NCBI GenBank assembly: GCA_965644265.1
Contig: OZ286466.1
Coordinates: 41,540,001-41,604,000, forward strand
Direction of reading: 5' to 3'
Length of the DNA stretch: 64,000 bases
Origin: Glycera tridactyla
Lineage: Eukaryota
The notes below the pieces were generated by a model. It was given only the letters and a program-made list of their open reading frames with translations. It had not been told where the DNA came from and made no database searches. Below, in pieces: positions 34,693 through 49,007 of the stretch. Both the position numbers and the translations under genes were made by a program. Position 1 is the stretch's first letter. Each line of letters starts with the position of its first letter.

Positions 34693-37068
34693 TGGAAAAA
34701 AAGTGAAAGTATATTAGAAGTAATTCTCAAACGAACACCGTTTGGTCACAAATCACTTTTCATGACTTCACATAGAAAATATCTGAGAACAAGAAATCAC
34801 TCAATCTACCATTCTTGAGTACTATTTGAGTACACAAAATGAATTGGCAATTGGCCCGGAAGCTACATGTAATACATCAAAACATGTTGACAATGGTTCT
34901 CAAGTAAACAGCCTAGCACATGCACATTTAGAGGGGGTACTGTAATCAAATCAGTGGTAAGGGTGTTTATGTGGTTAGAGGGGTCATAGCTCCAGGTCCT
35001 ACCGAACCATCCAATCAGGTGCTGAGATAAACTGATAAATACTTGGTTGCCAATATCATCAGCAAATAACCAATAGGGAGGCTTGTTACAATTGATAACC
35101 ACAGGGCAAATCAGGCATCCAATCACATGCTCCATGAGGCTAATTTGGCTGGGTGGCCCTTAGACTCACTCTAGATAGTATTCTCCCAAACTATTATTAT
35201 GTGAATTCTGCTTTATCAATCATTTATCCCCTGTGCCTAAATATTGCAAAAATATTCCTCTGTAAGAACAGCCTGAATTCTACCAATACATGTATATCGA
35301 GTCAGCTACAGCATGGCCAGAACATTCTCAAAGGTGTTGGAAATTATTTTGCTGCCTCAGAACAGAGTGAGACTCATATCGCAAGAATTGTCAGAAATCA
35401 GAAAGATGTGTCAAAATTCATCAGTAAACATACTTATTGATCGATTGATTGATTGATCAGTTCAGAGGTACATTACCATACAATCATTCAATAGAAAAAA
35501 TCCACACTGGAACTTTGCAGATTGGAGCAGAACCTCGAAAGGAAATCACTATTGGTGATTATCATAAAGCATTGACAATACATCCTATACTTATTGAAAT
35601 GTATCTCAATATAGCCAGTGCTGAGATGAGACAGAAAATAAACCAGAATGAAGCATCAGTGATGCAAGGTCCCCACTGAGGTGGGAGCTATTACAGCGAG
35701 CACCTTTGCCTGTTGAACTGCCCATGAGTAGCTCATCACCTGCCCAAGCTTGGAAGTGAATAAATGTGTCAGTGCTTGTCCATTAATGTTAAAAGTAAAG
35801 TTGGAGTGAATTGGTGAAGCAGATTTGGAGAAATGTCCAGATGGGAGTTATATCACCCTGGAGATAATTCAAGTGCACAGAATAAATGTGCCAGTAACCA
35901 TCTTTGCACAGGTATAATTTCAAGACAAGTTGATTGGATGTGGATCAATGCAGCAGTTTGGGGCTTATGGGTCAGCAGGGTCTGGATTAGAGTGCATACC
36001 ATGCTGAAGTCTTCCAGACATTTCAACACATATCCATATCCAAATGCTTAAAGAGAAGTTGATTTGATGTAGATCGGTGCTGGGGTTCTGGAGATTCAGT
36101 TTCTGCAAAGATGGCCTACAAGGATGGGCACATGCATGCACAGCCAGACAGATGGAGACTATCTTACAGTCCCAGTGAGGGACAACAAAATGTTAACAAG
36201 AAATGATATATGGAGTGAATGTCAATCATCAAGTGAGATCGAATGATGAAAAAGCCCATCATGAGTGAAATGGGAATTTCTTACAATCTATTCCATATCC
36301 TTCAAAAAGGCTAAGATAAAGAACAGCTGCATTACATCACGTCATGCAGGCTGAATTTGAAAAAAATCTACGAGAGCTATGTAATCAGTAGAGTGAGCCG
36401 GTCTATGAGCATTCCGTGTATTACATGCTCCATTGCTTGGATCACTCGAACTTCAGCAAAGCAATCAAGATATTTCTACACTCACTTGACCCAATTCAAC
36501 ATTCGGTAGATTCCACTCAACCACTCTCTGGCTTGTGATACAGTAACCCTTCATCTCAATGACCTTTAATCTACTTTCTGAGGGCAAGCCCTACTTGATG
36601 CTGGATGGCCAACCAACCCATTTATTGACCGACTTCCTACTCAAGGACCAACCAACCAGACTGACTGACCGAGAAACAGAACAACTGGCCAAAAAAAATC
36701 TTTCACATCTGTACACTGAGAGAAATAAGGAATCTTATATATCTTAGGATCTAGTTCGTATATCAACCCTGTGTTTCTTGGTATCAGGCATATTCATCAT
36801 GCATATGTATCTATTTGTTGGCTGCCCCCCCCCCCCCCCCCCCGCCTCATTCTGCCAAGAAAGGTGGTTTTTAGTGTATGTTTATGTACATTTCTAATCT
36901 GAAAAGCGAACGGTAAACTTTGATACCTTTTTCATGTATCATTCTCTAGATGCCACAGAGAAGACCCTCACAATAACTCAAGCAGGTGCATCAATAAAAT
37001 ATTTGTAATATTGACTGATTCATGATAGTGAGACTCATTCTTAATACCACCACCTCCATATGATATAT

Positions 37069-38788
37069 GGCCAATTCTCCCAAATTGGGGCCAAAAAATG
37101 GCAGATAGGGTCACTTTTTCAAACAATCCTGTTTCATAAACCATTATTGCCATACAGTTCCACCACTTGTTGGGTCTTTATACCCAAAAAATCGGGGAGA
37201 TCTGCTGAGCCAAAAAAATAATTATCACGGTTTTCATGAGTGGGGGTCGTCAGCCGTTGCGTATGTTACTTTTTTATAAGAATGTCTCAAAAACACTCAT
37301 AAATTGCTCTGAATTAACATTTATCATTATAAATCAATAAACTTTGTTCCAGGATGTCATTCTACACTACTTATTTCCTTCTCAAGGTCAGTCATTCAAA
37401 AAGATTTGAGCCAGAAATACAATGTCTGTCCTCAATCCTCAGGCGCTGTCTTTAAGTTTTTTTTTCTAAGCAATTACAATAAGCATAAGTACCAAACTCA
37501 TTATTCCAATTGAATACATATTGATGAGATGATGGGAACAGGGTTTTGTCATTCTCTGGAAAAGTTGGGAAGTAATGAACATCATCTTATATGTATGTTA
37601 TTTTATGTGACGTATGTTACTGCTGACGCCATTTTTTTACACCCGAGTTATCTCATGTAAATTTCATTCAGTAATTGCCACCAAAAGTAGTTAGTAGCTA
37701 CATTTATCTTCACAGTAATCCAAATTTACATAATATCATTGAATAGGCTTGAAAACATTTGGACTTTCCAAGTTATCTGATTTTATATGACCACTCTCAA
37801 GAAAACAAGTCAAGGATAACATACATATCAGGTTGTAGCTCGTGCAGATTATGTCAAAATAACATACATATGATCACATCATCCATATTCCTATACCACA
37901 GTGATCATTTGTGACTATCAGTTGATGAAAAAGCATGGATCATCCAAATGTTGAGCAACCGTCCAACAAGGTCAACTTTATCCTGAGATCCCTTGGCTAA
38001 GTATCACCTAGTATGTATGTATGTTATGCAAAGTTTGCATGTTACTATAATTTTTCAATTGACATTCATGCACTTTTTTATCAACTATAAACCAAATTAT
38101 GAACTAAACCGGAAAAATATATAGTGTCATGAATGCATGGGGATCACATTCAAAGGAGTGATCAATCCAAGATGGCACCTGTTGCTTGTAAACATGCTAA
38201 AACTCTGACCATAGGTATGTTATCCATTGACGGAAATGTCACCCTTTAAGTGCAGTGTTTATCACCTTGTTGATTCTTTTGAGCACTGGGTTGGTCATTG
38301 TAACGATATTTTCAAATGATCTGATGGTGATACACGAGTTGATTCATAGCAGAAATCAGTGGGATTGAATGGTGAACTTTCACTCTAAAATTGACGGAAT
38401 GGTAGTAACATACTGTGACGCAGTTCAGAGATATCAGGGAGCTATTTATCTCTAATATTTGACATGTCCCAAGGTTGTAAAATGAAGCCCTGCTATCGAT
38501 TGTCAAGACGGAGTATGTTTGAGATCTTGGGATTATCTCAATTTGATATAGCACATCACCAAAGTAGGGTGGGGTCTGGTGTTACGTTTTGTGCGGTCAA
38601 AAATGGCCAATTTTGGCCATTAAATTGCCTCTAACTTCACCAAAATTAGAGATATTCCTATCAAAGTTGGACCAACTATTGTTTGAATCACATTACATCA
38701 GTCCCAATGTCCAAATTCTGGTTGAAAGCTGCTGAATTTACATAAGATACGTTTTTCGGTAGCTGGCCCCAATTTCGGAGAATTGGCC
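37069..38788. mobile_element. 1.72-kb non-autonomous DNA transposon, GG..CC termini, ATAT flanks (Sola1-like)
   Basis: TIRs GGCCAATTCTCC(C/G)AAATTGGGGCCA; ATAT on both sides; near-identical inverted copy at 54227-55961; no long ORF. Confidence 0.85.
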
Positions 38789-40352
38789 ATATAGGGCCGC
38801 TTGACTCTTAATAGATGATGTGATGGGACATTCAACTCCCAATAGATGATGAGATGCAATATTTTCAAGAGTGACCGACTTTCTTAAATGATGGAGCTGA
38901 CATATCTCATTGATAAATGATGTGCCACACTATGATATATGTACTGTGGGCACAGGTGTGACCAGAATGAATGCCAGTTGTTCAGTTCCCAGTAGAAAAG
39001 GGTAATCTATATGATTTATGATTCGTATCTTGTATCTTTAAACATGCCTGATGCTTCATTCCTGACAATAGTCAGTCAAGTTTCGAACTTCAAAGCTGCA
39101 ATGGTATAGGTTAGGTTGTTTTGGACCATGCACTCTCAGCTACTTCCACTTAGTGACAATTTTTTTGTGTTCAGGGCTTGTGTGTGTGATACTTGTAGGA
39201 CACAGACCATCCAGCATTGATAGATAAGGTTCACCAGGCATGATCAATTCATAGGGTTGATACATGCATCTGAACTCCAACCAACCACATAATCAATCTA
39301 TTAATCGATCAGACAATCAGTCAATCAATCAATCAATCAATCAATTAATCCCTCACATATTTCAACATAGAAGCTGGGAAAGATATTCATCAATAAATAT
39401 GGATACAGAGATGAAGATGGATGAAGTTTTTGAAATCTCTTGATACATGTATTTTCAATGGTGAAATATGCACAAGATGGGCTTTCCCACACAGATGAAA
39501 GAAACATTGACATATGAATAAATCTGAGTGTCTGAATTTAGTAAGATAATGCAGTAGAGCCTGCTCAAGGGACCACCTCTATTCAAAGGCCAGTGGCCTA
39601 CAACAGCCAACCTGAACAGTGACCATGACAGTATTCTCCACTCCACAGCTGGGAACCTCTCTACAAAGGCCACCTGCCTACATAGATGACTTTTTGAAGA
39701 AGACAAGGGTGGTCTTTATAGACAGGGTTGATGGCATGAATTAATCAGTACTTTTGAACTCTTGATGATAATGACTCACTGAGTATCTTCATGGAAAATA
39801 ACAAACCTAGAACACTCCCAGAGATAGCACGCCATACCACGCTTGTCCATGTTCGTCAGTGCATGCAAACTCTCACTGTCCACCTCTCTTCTATTTTCCG
39901 TTTGTCTGCTCCCCTGATTTACACCACACATTTTTTTCTAATTGCCTGAAGCATCTCGCAGACGGCTGAGCTACATACCAAGATGGCAGGACAATTTCAC
40001 TAACTATTGCAGAAAATATGATGTGGCAACCTATATAATAGCATGTGTGTGCAAAACTTTATAGAATACACAGAACACGTATTCTTTGTTAACACAACCC
40101 AGCAGGTGCTAATTGGGTCAAGTTGCAAGTATCATATTCATACGTGAAAATATCCCCAATTTCTGAGGTGAAAAAGCCCAGGGCAGTTTTCGGTATCTAG
40201 CATGGAAAACTTAATTTGCCAAAAATCATGAAAAGCACATTGTGTTGATATATTCTTTGCAAACCTCTTTTAGTGGCATTCATACACAGTAGGCATGGTA
40301 TAGCACTAAGCTGCCTCTTAAGATAAATGCATACACATTGGGAAGCCGACTA

Positions 40353-40480
40353 CCGTATATGCTGGTGTATAAGTCGACCCCCTGATTTTGCCCCCGAAAG
40401 TCAGGATTTAGCCAACATCTCTCATATGACTCGATTCTGTCATTTTGCCCAGACTGAACATTGCGAATTGCAAATACCGG
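40353..40480. mobile_element. CCGTA-type MITE, degenerate right end
   Basis: TA|CCGTATATGCTGGTGTATAAGTCG; similar to 30875-31016. Confidence 0.5.
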
Positions 40481-41898
40481 CAAAGATTATCGAAGAGAAT
40501 CGACATATCGAAAATGGAAAGGCCAATCACAGTGTTTGATCAGTTTCAGCAAGGCAGTTAGCAATGAGTCAATTGATACATCGAAGACAACTGTGCAGAG
40601 AAGCTAATTTGCACCTTATCCTGGCTATTGACACGTCATTCATGCCTCCATTCTTCAATGATTTACAGTGTTAAATCAATGATGAGGTGGTTCCCACTGC
40701 TATAAACACATGTCAAAGCTGAATAAGCATGTATTTTGTGATAAAAACGGAAGGCCAGCATCTCCGATAGTGATTCAGGCACCATTGTTGTGTCCAGTGA
40801 CGAGTCTAAAGTCCTTGATGTACTGTGATTTTTCTCATTGTTGGTTCTCATCGTGGTCTGATGGGGCCCGAGATGGCAGGACACTTTGATTGTTTATACC
40901 TGCAGAGTGTTTTCATTATGTTTATGGTGTAATTGTCAAGAATTTCTCAAAAAGGATCATGAAGTTGAAACTGTCATGCTCTATTGTAGCACCACAATAA
41001 TTACATACAACTACCAAGAAAATGTATGTAAGGTAAAAGATGATGTATTCAGGGATCTTTCATGTTAGAAATTGGTACCTTCTTTTAAAAATTCGATAAC
41101 TAGGATTAATTTCGATTAGTAAATTGATTACAATCGTTGTTTATTCAACACATGAAAGAGAGAGATCGACTGCATTGGGGAAGGTGACTGCCATGAATTT
41201 AGAAATGGGGAATTGGGAGTTCATCTGTGAAAAGGGTCACAGAGTGCTGGAGAGTGATGAGAAAAAAGTGAATCTGAGCGATAAAATTTATTCTTCCAAG
41301 GTATCACCAATCAGCAGTATCAAAATCCATGGTGATCGATTGAATTAAGCCCTGATCGAATCATGTTGACACAAATGATGACAACTTGTTGGCATGCGAT
41401 CGATTACCAGCATGAATCTTCTCTGGTTGATTGTGAATTGTACTCACTTCAAGTACAGGATGAACAATGAAAACTCTAGGATCACAAGTGCCTGCTGAGA
41501 GAGATATGGCGTCATTGCTCTGAGTTACCATGGCAACTGCAGGTGATAAAAACTTACATAGAAACTGGAACATCTTCATCAATGTCACATTCACTGATGC
41601 AAAAAGGCAAATGGTCGACTCTCAATTCAATTAAATCAGTCACTAACTTTTTCAGCTGGCTTTTAAACATGTATATTGTAGCAAGGAGAGCAACATTTAC
41701 AAATTCAAGTGGCACCATCTCGCTGCAATCCATAACAGCCAAGGAACCATGTGTAGCATACCAAAGTGTGTACATGGTTGGAACATGACGCCCCAGCCAA
41801 ACGCCCTGTTTTTGCAACATTTTCCGATGAAGGACATTGCGAAGACAGCAACTAGAGACACCTGAGATGAGACTGACCTCGTCCAGGTGACCACTTTC

Positions 41899-42110
41899 CA
41901 GGGGTTTTCTTGCTCGGGAATATGTATGGGTTTTTCGGGCACATTGATGCAGATTTCATGTGCCATTTTGGATTTGTGTGTGCCCCAAACCATGTAATCA
42001 TATCAAAGTATGAAAAATTATATATGCCTTCTGGGCACAAAATATATTAATGTGCCCTTTCACAACTTTATGTGCCATATGCCACAGGACACAGCGCAAA
42101 ATTATCCCTG
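41899..42110. mobile_element. hAT-type MITE with 6-bp TSD
   Basis: Third copy of the 19571 family; CTTTCC on both sides if one C of the left run was lost. Confidence 0.8.
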
Positions 42111-43392
42111 CTTTCCAACATTGCTTTTCCATTTGAAACAGTCAAATATACCACTGGTGTACTATGACCACATTGAATGGTATTTGATAATGTCATTGCG
42201 GCAATACATGTAAGGGCATCATCGCCTACACGACACCGCAGTGGCAGCTGCCGACATTGTCAGTACCAACACCAACACCACCACCATAACCACACCAAAT
42301 CATGCTTGTAACAACATTGAGTATGTGGCCTGGTTATCCATGTAGGAATTATGAAACATTTCAAGGATGGGAACCTGCAAATAACAGCAATTATCAACTT
42401 ACTAGGACATAGCAATTTGTTCTAACAATAGGCAACATCCATTCGTACATATAGAAACCGGGCAATTCTAGCTTAGATTGGTGGATGATGAACAATTTTT
42501 GAGACAATAAATTATGAAGAATTCAACTCAGTATGATAGGCCCAACTTGAATGAAGCTGGTCTCTATTCTGCTCAATGAAAAATATATATGATATAATTT
42601 GTGCCCAAATTTCATATTGATCACCCATTTCACCAATTACTTCTTACTTTTTCTGCTACTTTGACTTAACCAACACAATCTTGGTAAAAATCATGCTTGT
42701 TCATAGTCCCATAATGACTGTCATACATTGTTATGTTTACAATCAAATCAAAAGACTGCTGTGAACACTATCTGTGATGTCACGGTAAGAAATACTGTGA
42801 TCCACTTAATCAATAAACCTTTGGCTATGTACTCTACAATGATTTACACTCACTGACGGTTGAGGTGAGACTTATGACCAAAAAAAAGGCACATAACCAA
42901 TGCCAGTAGACGTAGTCATGGATATTGAAAGAATGTCATACAATATATTGCCGAATATACGCGCAGTGTGCGAAGGCATAGTCAACTACCATACACAACT
43001 ATTCGGAACCAAATCTGAGGGAAAATCAACCTCTCCATGAGTGCTACCAAGACAACGATGTTGACTTACCTCAGTGATCTAGGGCGCGAATAGGCTTCTC
43101 CCAACTCGTCCTTATTTGGCCTTGACACATGTTTTGGTTTCGGTGGTCAATGAGCTGTTGAGTTAATTATGGGGAGTGCGTCTAATTAGGTATGGGCCTG
43201 TATACAGCAATATGCGGTTCGTGGAAACTGGGAAGATTCCAATAATTTTTAATTGTGAATCTTTAACAAATATGTATCGCATAACGATGTGATGAACTGA
43301 CTTCAAAATTAAAGAAAAACATATAGCCAAATAGATGATCAACTCGATAATGTGTGCTTGGGAAAATTGAGACATACAATGAAAGGGTCAGA

Positions 43393-43452
43393 TTGATTGA
43401 TTGATTGAGTAGGCTTTAACGTCTCCTCAACCCAGGCAGGATTATTCAAGAC
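43393..43452 (-). mobile_element. 60-bp retroposed 3' end of a SINE/LINE with (CAAT)n tail
   Basis: 13-bp TSD TGAAAGGGTCAGA at 43380-43392 and 43453-43465; minus strand ends GACGTTAAAGCCTACT(CAAT)n. Confidence 0.8.
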
Positions 43453-44344
43453 TGAAAGGGTCAGAGTCAGGCGCATTTAATCCTGAATCTGCACGCCCTA
43501 GACTGCTGTCAGCCCGATGTGAGCATTTCCTGCTCACAAGTGTGAACAGTCTGTCACAACAGCGTAAAGAGGTGTGAATGGAGTGGTACCAATATTCTTC
43601 TTATTATGTTTGCTGTGTCACGCACCCACTGGACACCAGAGGGCAATTATGTGTAGTTTGTGAGGCCCCATATAACAATGTAAATGTTTCCCCCATAGCA
43701 CAGAAGGCCATCAATATCATGCAAATTGATGCGACCATGTGATGATATTCCTTTCAATATGTTATATTACCCCTAATAAGCGACCTCCCCGTTTGCTGCA
43801 TGTCACTTGTCTGCATTCCAGTAGCCACTCCAAACTCATATTTCAATCTATTTTTAGCCCATACACGGCCAATCAGATACAGTGATGAGCTAGTTATTAG
43901 AACTTCAGGGCTAGTTTGGCCAATATGATCGAAATCATAAGATAAAGCCTTGAAAATATTTGGGGATCTTGGCTCCTGTGAAAGTCAATTAGAGCCAAAA
44001 CAGGAAAAAGTGTCTCAAAAGGCCCTAAAGCCCTCGTAAATGCAATGGAATATACTACAGCAAAACCTGCAATGAGCAAGTACCTCAAATTCCTTAAAAT
44101 TGGATTCACGCAATAATTTCTGCTGTAATAATAATAGTTCATGGTACTCAGTGTACATTCTTGAGTTATTGATATGGACATGTATAGGCAGTAAGAGAAT
44201 GTAACTAAATGACTCAGCTCATCCTTTTTTAGTGTGGATTTAGAATCCTTCCACCCCTAATAATGATATATAGAGATATGATCCTACTCAGAGAGGCAAG
44301 CCCCTTGAAACCCAATACTAATCATGTATCACATGATATCAATG

Positions 44345-44713
44345 TAGCGTTGGCAATCGGTTGCATTTTGAGAATCGATTATCGGTTAGCCTAATCGATC
44401 GATTATCAATTATAATCAGTTTGCAACACTGGCACCACAACCACTACCAAGTGTTTTGCCAATGTTTTGTCTCCAGAGTCATACATACAGTCTCCTAGGG
44501 TATAGGGTTTGTTTTGGGTGGACCAAGATAACAAAATTTTGACTTCACAGGAAATCCATAGCTTTTTTCATAAATATGGCTGCATTTTCCATTGCAATAA
44601 ATGTGCCGACTGTGTTCCGATTAAATCGATTCCACCTCTCTGCAATCAATTGTCTATTTGGCCACCAAGATCGATTGATAATCGGGTATTTAACGATAAT
44701 CGTGACACCACTA
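44345..44713. mobile_element. hAT-type MITE, 8-bp TSD
   Basis: Perfect TSD TATCAATG; same family as 7471-7827. Confidence 0.9.
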
Positions 44714-45530
44714 TATCAATGATATCAATAATATTTCAAGAAGGAATACATCACAAAACATCAATTACCTCGTGAAAACACAGGGGCTGGTAGGATTCTG
44801 AAGGCCTCTCGTTCGACACAGGTTCTTCAAACATTCTTCGTGAGCACTGTTGTTGAACAACCTGAATCCATCGTTATCCCACATACATGTGCCATGTACA
44901 AATAGAATAATATAGAATAGTTGTGGTGTTAAAAAATGTCCATTAGATAGTGGATGAGAACTCATTTCGTGAATTTGAAAAAGACCAAAATATAAAGGAG
45001 AGAAATCATAAAGAGCGATTCACACATAAAGAATGATATTTGTGATTGCCGTTGTTGATGCTTGTGATTTGCCAACAAATATAACAGCAGAATCAGTGCA
45101 TTTAATCAGTGAAACCCTATAAAGGATGTATGTCAGCAATGATCATCTATCCAAACAAGATCAATATTTCCAATCAAGTAGCAGCAAAATAGCGACAGCC
45201 TGTTATCTCTGACATGATGTTGCCGTCATCGCCGTGTCCCGCCGATGGGCAACGGAGGAAAAATGATGTTTTCTATAATGGTTATTATCAATGGCCAGTG
45301 TAGTAATCTTGGGGAATACACACACATGGGATTGGGAGATGGCTGGACACATCAGTTGCGGCTGTTAGCAAAATAAATAATAAAAACCCTACAAACTTTG
45401 TGTGCCACAAAAAACTAAAATAACAAGATTGAGTATCATTGGTCATACTACATGGTCGTGAATGAAATTAGTCATTGGGAATCCACTGGATAAGGTCATG
45501 ATATTGAGAAATGTGCTCAGCTTATGTATG

Positions 45531-45776
45531 CAGTCAACCTCTCCATAACGACCATCCCCGGTTGCACGCAAATGTGGTCGTTACTGAGAGATGGCCGCTA
45601 TGAGGCAGTCATTATAGGGAGGTCTGCAAACCAAACCTGGAGGTTGTTAGTCGGAGTTGTGAGGTGGTCGCAATGCAGAGGTCAAATATAGTGAAAACTA
45701 TGTCGGTTGTGGTGTCGGGTAGTCGTTACAGCAAGGTGGTCGCTATACGGAGGTGGTTGGAGTGAAGATTTGACTA
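45531..45776. mobile_element. TA-type MITE related to M1
   Basis: CAGTCAACCTCTCCATAACGACC ... GGTCGCTATACGGAGGTGG...TTGACTA. Confidence 0.6.
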
Positions 45777-46579
45777 TATATAATTCAATTATATAAGGCT
45801 GTGTGCTTGATAAGGCCTGCCTCAAAACCATGTGGAACATATTAAGGCGGAGAGCAGAGGATTAATGTCAATCCCCACCACCAAATATCATCTATATTGA
45901 ACACAAATCTCAGGACAGCAAAGTTCGATACAATCACCATCTTCTGACAAACATATCTGGCTCAAATATGAAGAAATTATTTCGAAAGAATACAAAAAGG
46001 AAAAACATGTCCCTGTAAACCTCAAGAAGAAAAATGGAGAGCTCTATTTTTCGAATTATTATTTCCCAAGGAGAGAGTTGACCGAACAAGATATAAGAGT
46101 AGAATCACAATTTAGTGGTGGTGATGAGTGGGTGCTATTTAATCCTCGCATATTGCACTTTCAGCGGGGCATTTATTTACCCTGTGCGTTATACGGCTTC
46201 TGCGTGCTACAGCTCGAATCAATTTGTAAATTTCTGTTTACCATCTGAATCCATCAAGAAGATGCAGTCTCATATCATCTTCTCGCTCGCTCGTTAACTC
46301 TTCGACACCTGCATGCTGTAACTCACTCTCACAATATAATGTGCAACACACTCAAATTATTCTCAGGTTTGAGTCTGTTGTATTCAGTCCCTGATTTGAA
46401 ACACCAAATTTGATCACAGTTCAGGATGATTAAAAACTAAGTATCACTAAAGAGAATAAGCTGGCAACTTTGCAGTTTCAATAGTTGTAATCTGTTAAAC
46501 AGAGTTGCTTCGGCGGGAGAGTGGTTAGTTGTATTGGTTGGATGGGGTTGAAGCCATGTGTCAACCCAAGGGATTGTGT

Positions 46580-46662
46580 CATGCATGCACACACGCATGT
46601 ACATGTACACACGCACACACACCCACATGACCACACATACATCCACACACTTGACCACACGC

Positions 46663-46698
<36 letters not shown>

Positions 46699-46806
46699 CA
46701 CACACACACCCAATACCTCTAAATTTGTACATGCATACACACATGTACAATAAATGCATTCACATATTAATTCAAAATACATACACTCACTCAAAAATAT
46801 ACCCAT

Positions 46807-46882
<76 letters not shown>

Positions 46883-47010
46883 CCTATTTCAAGAATACTC
46901 ACAAATACACACACAACCGCACAAACACACATACGCGCACACACACACACATTCACTCCCTATTTCTAGAATACATACAAATACACACACACACACACAC
47001 AAACACAGAT
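46580..47010. repeat. Long degenerate (CA)n-rich tract
   Basis: Direct observation. Confidence 0.9.
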
Positions 47011-48830
47011 AGCCAGATTTACACACAAATATAGCAGCCAATCCTTATCAGACAGCAGGATTTGACGGTGTCATATGCCCTTCATTCAACACCAGGCGAT
47101 ACATCACTTCTCACTCTAGCGCCATCTATGCTCTCCATTCAGATCACAAGACGCAATCGGCACGAAAGGTCGGCGGGATATCCTAGTACGCCTGTGGCGA
47201 AAGCTCATGCATCACATAATGCCTGTCGTGTGAGATCTTGTTCATCAAATCGGAGATTTGTCCCATGGAGAGAAGCCTTTGGAGAGCGTATTGTTTGATG
47301 CCTGACATCACAGGAGTATGCATTAGCTATATGTCCACGTCATTTTCTGTCATTTTCTCTGATTATCCAACTACAAAGCAGGGCTTCCTCCCCCAGAGCA
47401 AGACCTCACCCTCTCAATGCAGATGAGTTTCTCACTTTCTTACTTTAACCCTATCAATATCTAACGGCTGAGTTCAAGGCCTCAAAACTCAGCATAAACA
47501 GTACGGTTGTGATGCTAGTTTACAGTTCAGACATACATCCAAGCAATTAACACATGGCTATTGAAGCTATCAATGATATATCTAACTATATTGATAGCTG
47601 GAAGTTGGCACTATAGTCTGACATAAATTATTGTACAAAGACCACACAATATACTCACATTCTCAGTGTCTTATATAAAGCCAAAGACCCACCATCAGAT
47701 AGGTCACAATCAAGCAAATGACCTGTCATTGTGTTCAAAGGGATTTTTGAGAAGCCATCATGAAAAATGAGATTTCTGACAAGAAATATACATTCACTGC
47801 AGGGATATTTCTAGAGTGAGATTTGGGGAGAATCTCCCATCAAATTCTCAAATGTCCCATTTGTCCAAAAGGACAAACTGTACCAATGGCTCTGATCAAT
47901 GATCCAACAGATGCCAGAACTTGCTTCTCTTAAAGCTATTTCCAAGTGTTCTTCTAAAGAACTGACGCTTATGCTACTGCCTGTTTACTGGAAGAAATCC
48001 TTAATCTGAAGTTCTCTTCCAGTTAGCAGAGAATACTATTGAAATGTACAAAACATCCAGCAATTTGTTCCTGAGTGAGAAATTGTCTCATCCATGTCAG
48101 AATTCTCCTATTAGTTTAAGGTGGTGTAGGACATTTGTCGCATTTACCTCTCCACTCAGGAATTTCCCTGTTCACCTCAGGATTTCTCATTCCCAGCTTA
48201 ATGCAATATGTATACATGTGAAATTACGGTGAAATATTGGCGATAGCGATGAGTGTGGGCTGACAGAGATCAGCATCATCCCTGATCGGGATGTTGACGT
48301 TGTTGCACTATGAGGTGGCGTGAGAGGTGCGTGCGTATGCACAAATTTGAGCTAACTGTAATTAACTTTGCCGGGCAAATATCAAATGCCAATTGTCAGC
48401 AATAGATGGCAATCTTCTTGCAATAGATGAGATGGTTTCAAAGCCAAAGTACATGGCTGTGAAATGGCTAAATCAAGTGTCATTCAGCCTCCCAACAAGA
48501 CAGATGATTATCCACTTCAGTACAGACAGTTGATTGACTCACTGCCATTGGGTTTAACTGGAGTTGTTAACCAGAGAGATGATGTACGCAGTTTGTTTGT
48601 TTGAGGTTTAATGCCATTGATCTATGCAGAGGATTATGTATAGTGTGTTCTTGTACCCTGCAGTAATAGGGCATCACTTGCACAAACTCTGAACACAAGA
48701 TGATGGGGAACCTGAGAGGTTTTCATTGGAAGTAGCGGACGGATCAGCCACACCTCTACCTACTCAATATGAACATGGTGAGCATAGTGATGGCATATCT
48801 AGCCGAAAAGGATGTGGAAAAGAAGTAGTA

Positions 48831-49007
48831 CAGTGAAAGTGGTGACGAAGGACTGCCCTAAATATCACCGGAAAGTGGTCTCTCAAAAGAGGTGGTCTCT
48901 CATCGGAGGTATATTTGACTATGTCGAATAGAAAAGCTGCCCTGGAAAAGTGGTCTCCCGTCAGAGGTGGTCTCTCGTTGGGGGATCTCTCGTCACAGGT
49001 TTCACTG
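48831..49007. mobile_element. TA-type MITE (family M2), complete
   Basis: TA|CAGTGAAAG ... GTCACAGGTTTCACTG|TA. Confidence 0.8.

Noticed and set aside
37066-38791. IS3EU assignment of the 1.7-kb pair (TATGG termini)
   Set aside because: The expected 6-bp TSD is absent in both copies
46437-47012. HT/CV-repeat ORFs (also 8574-8822 in part, 17458-17738, 29409-29676, 34376-34684)
   Set aside because: Translations of microsatellites
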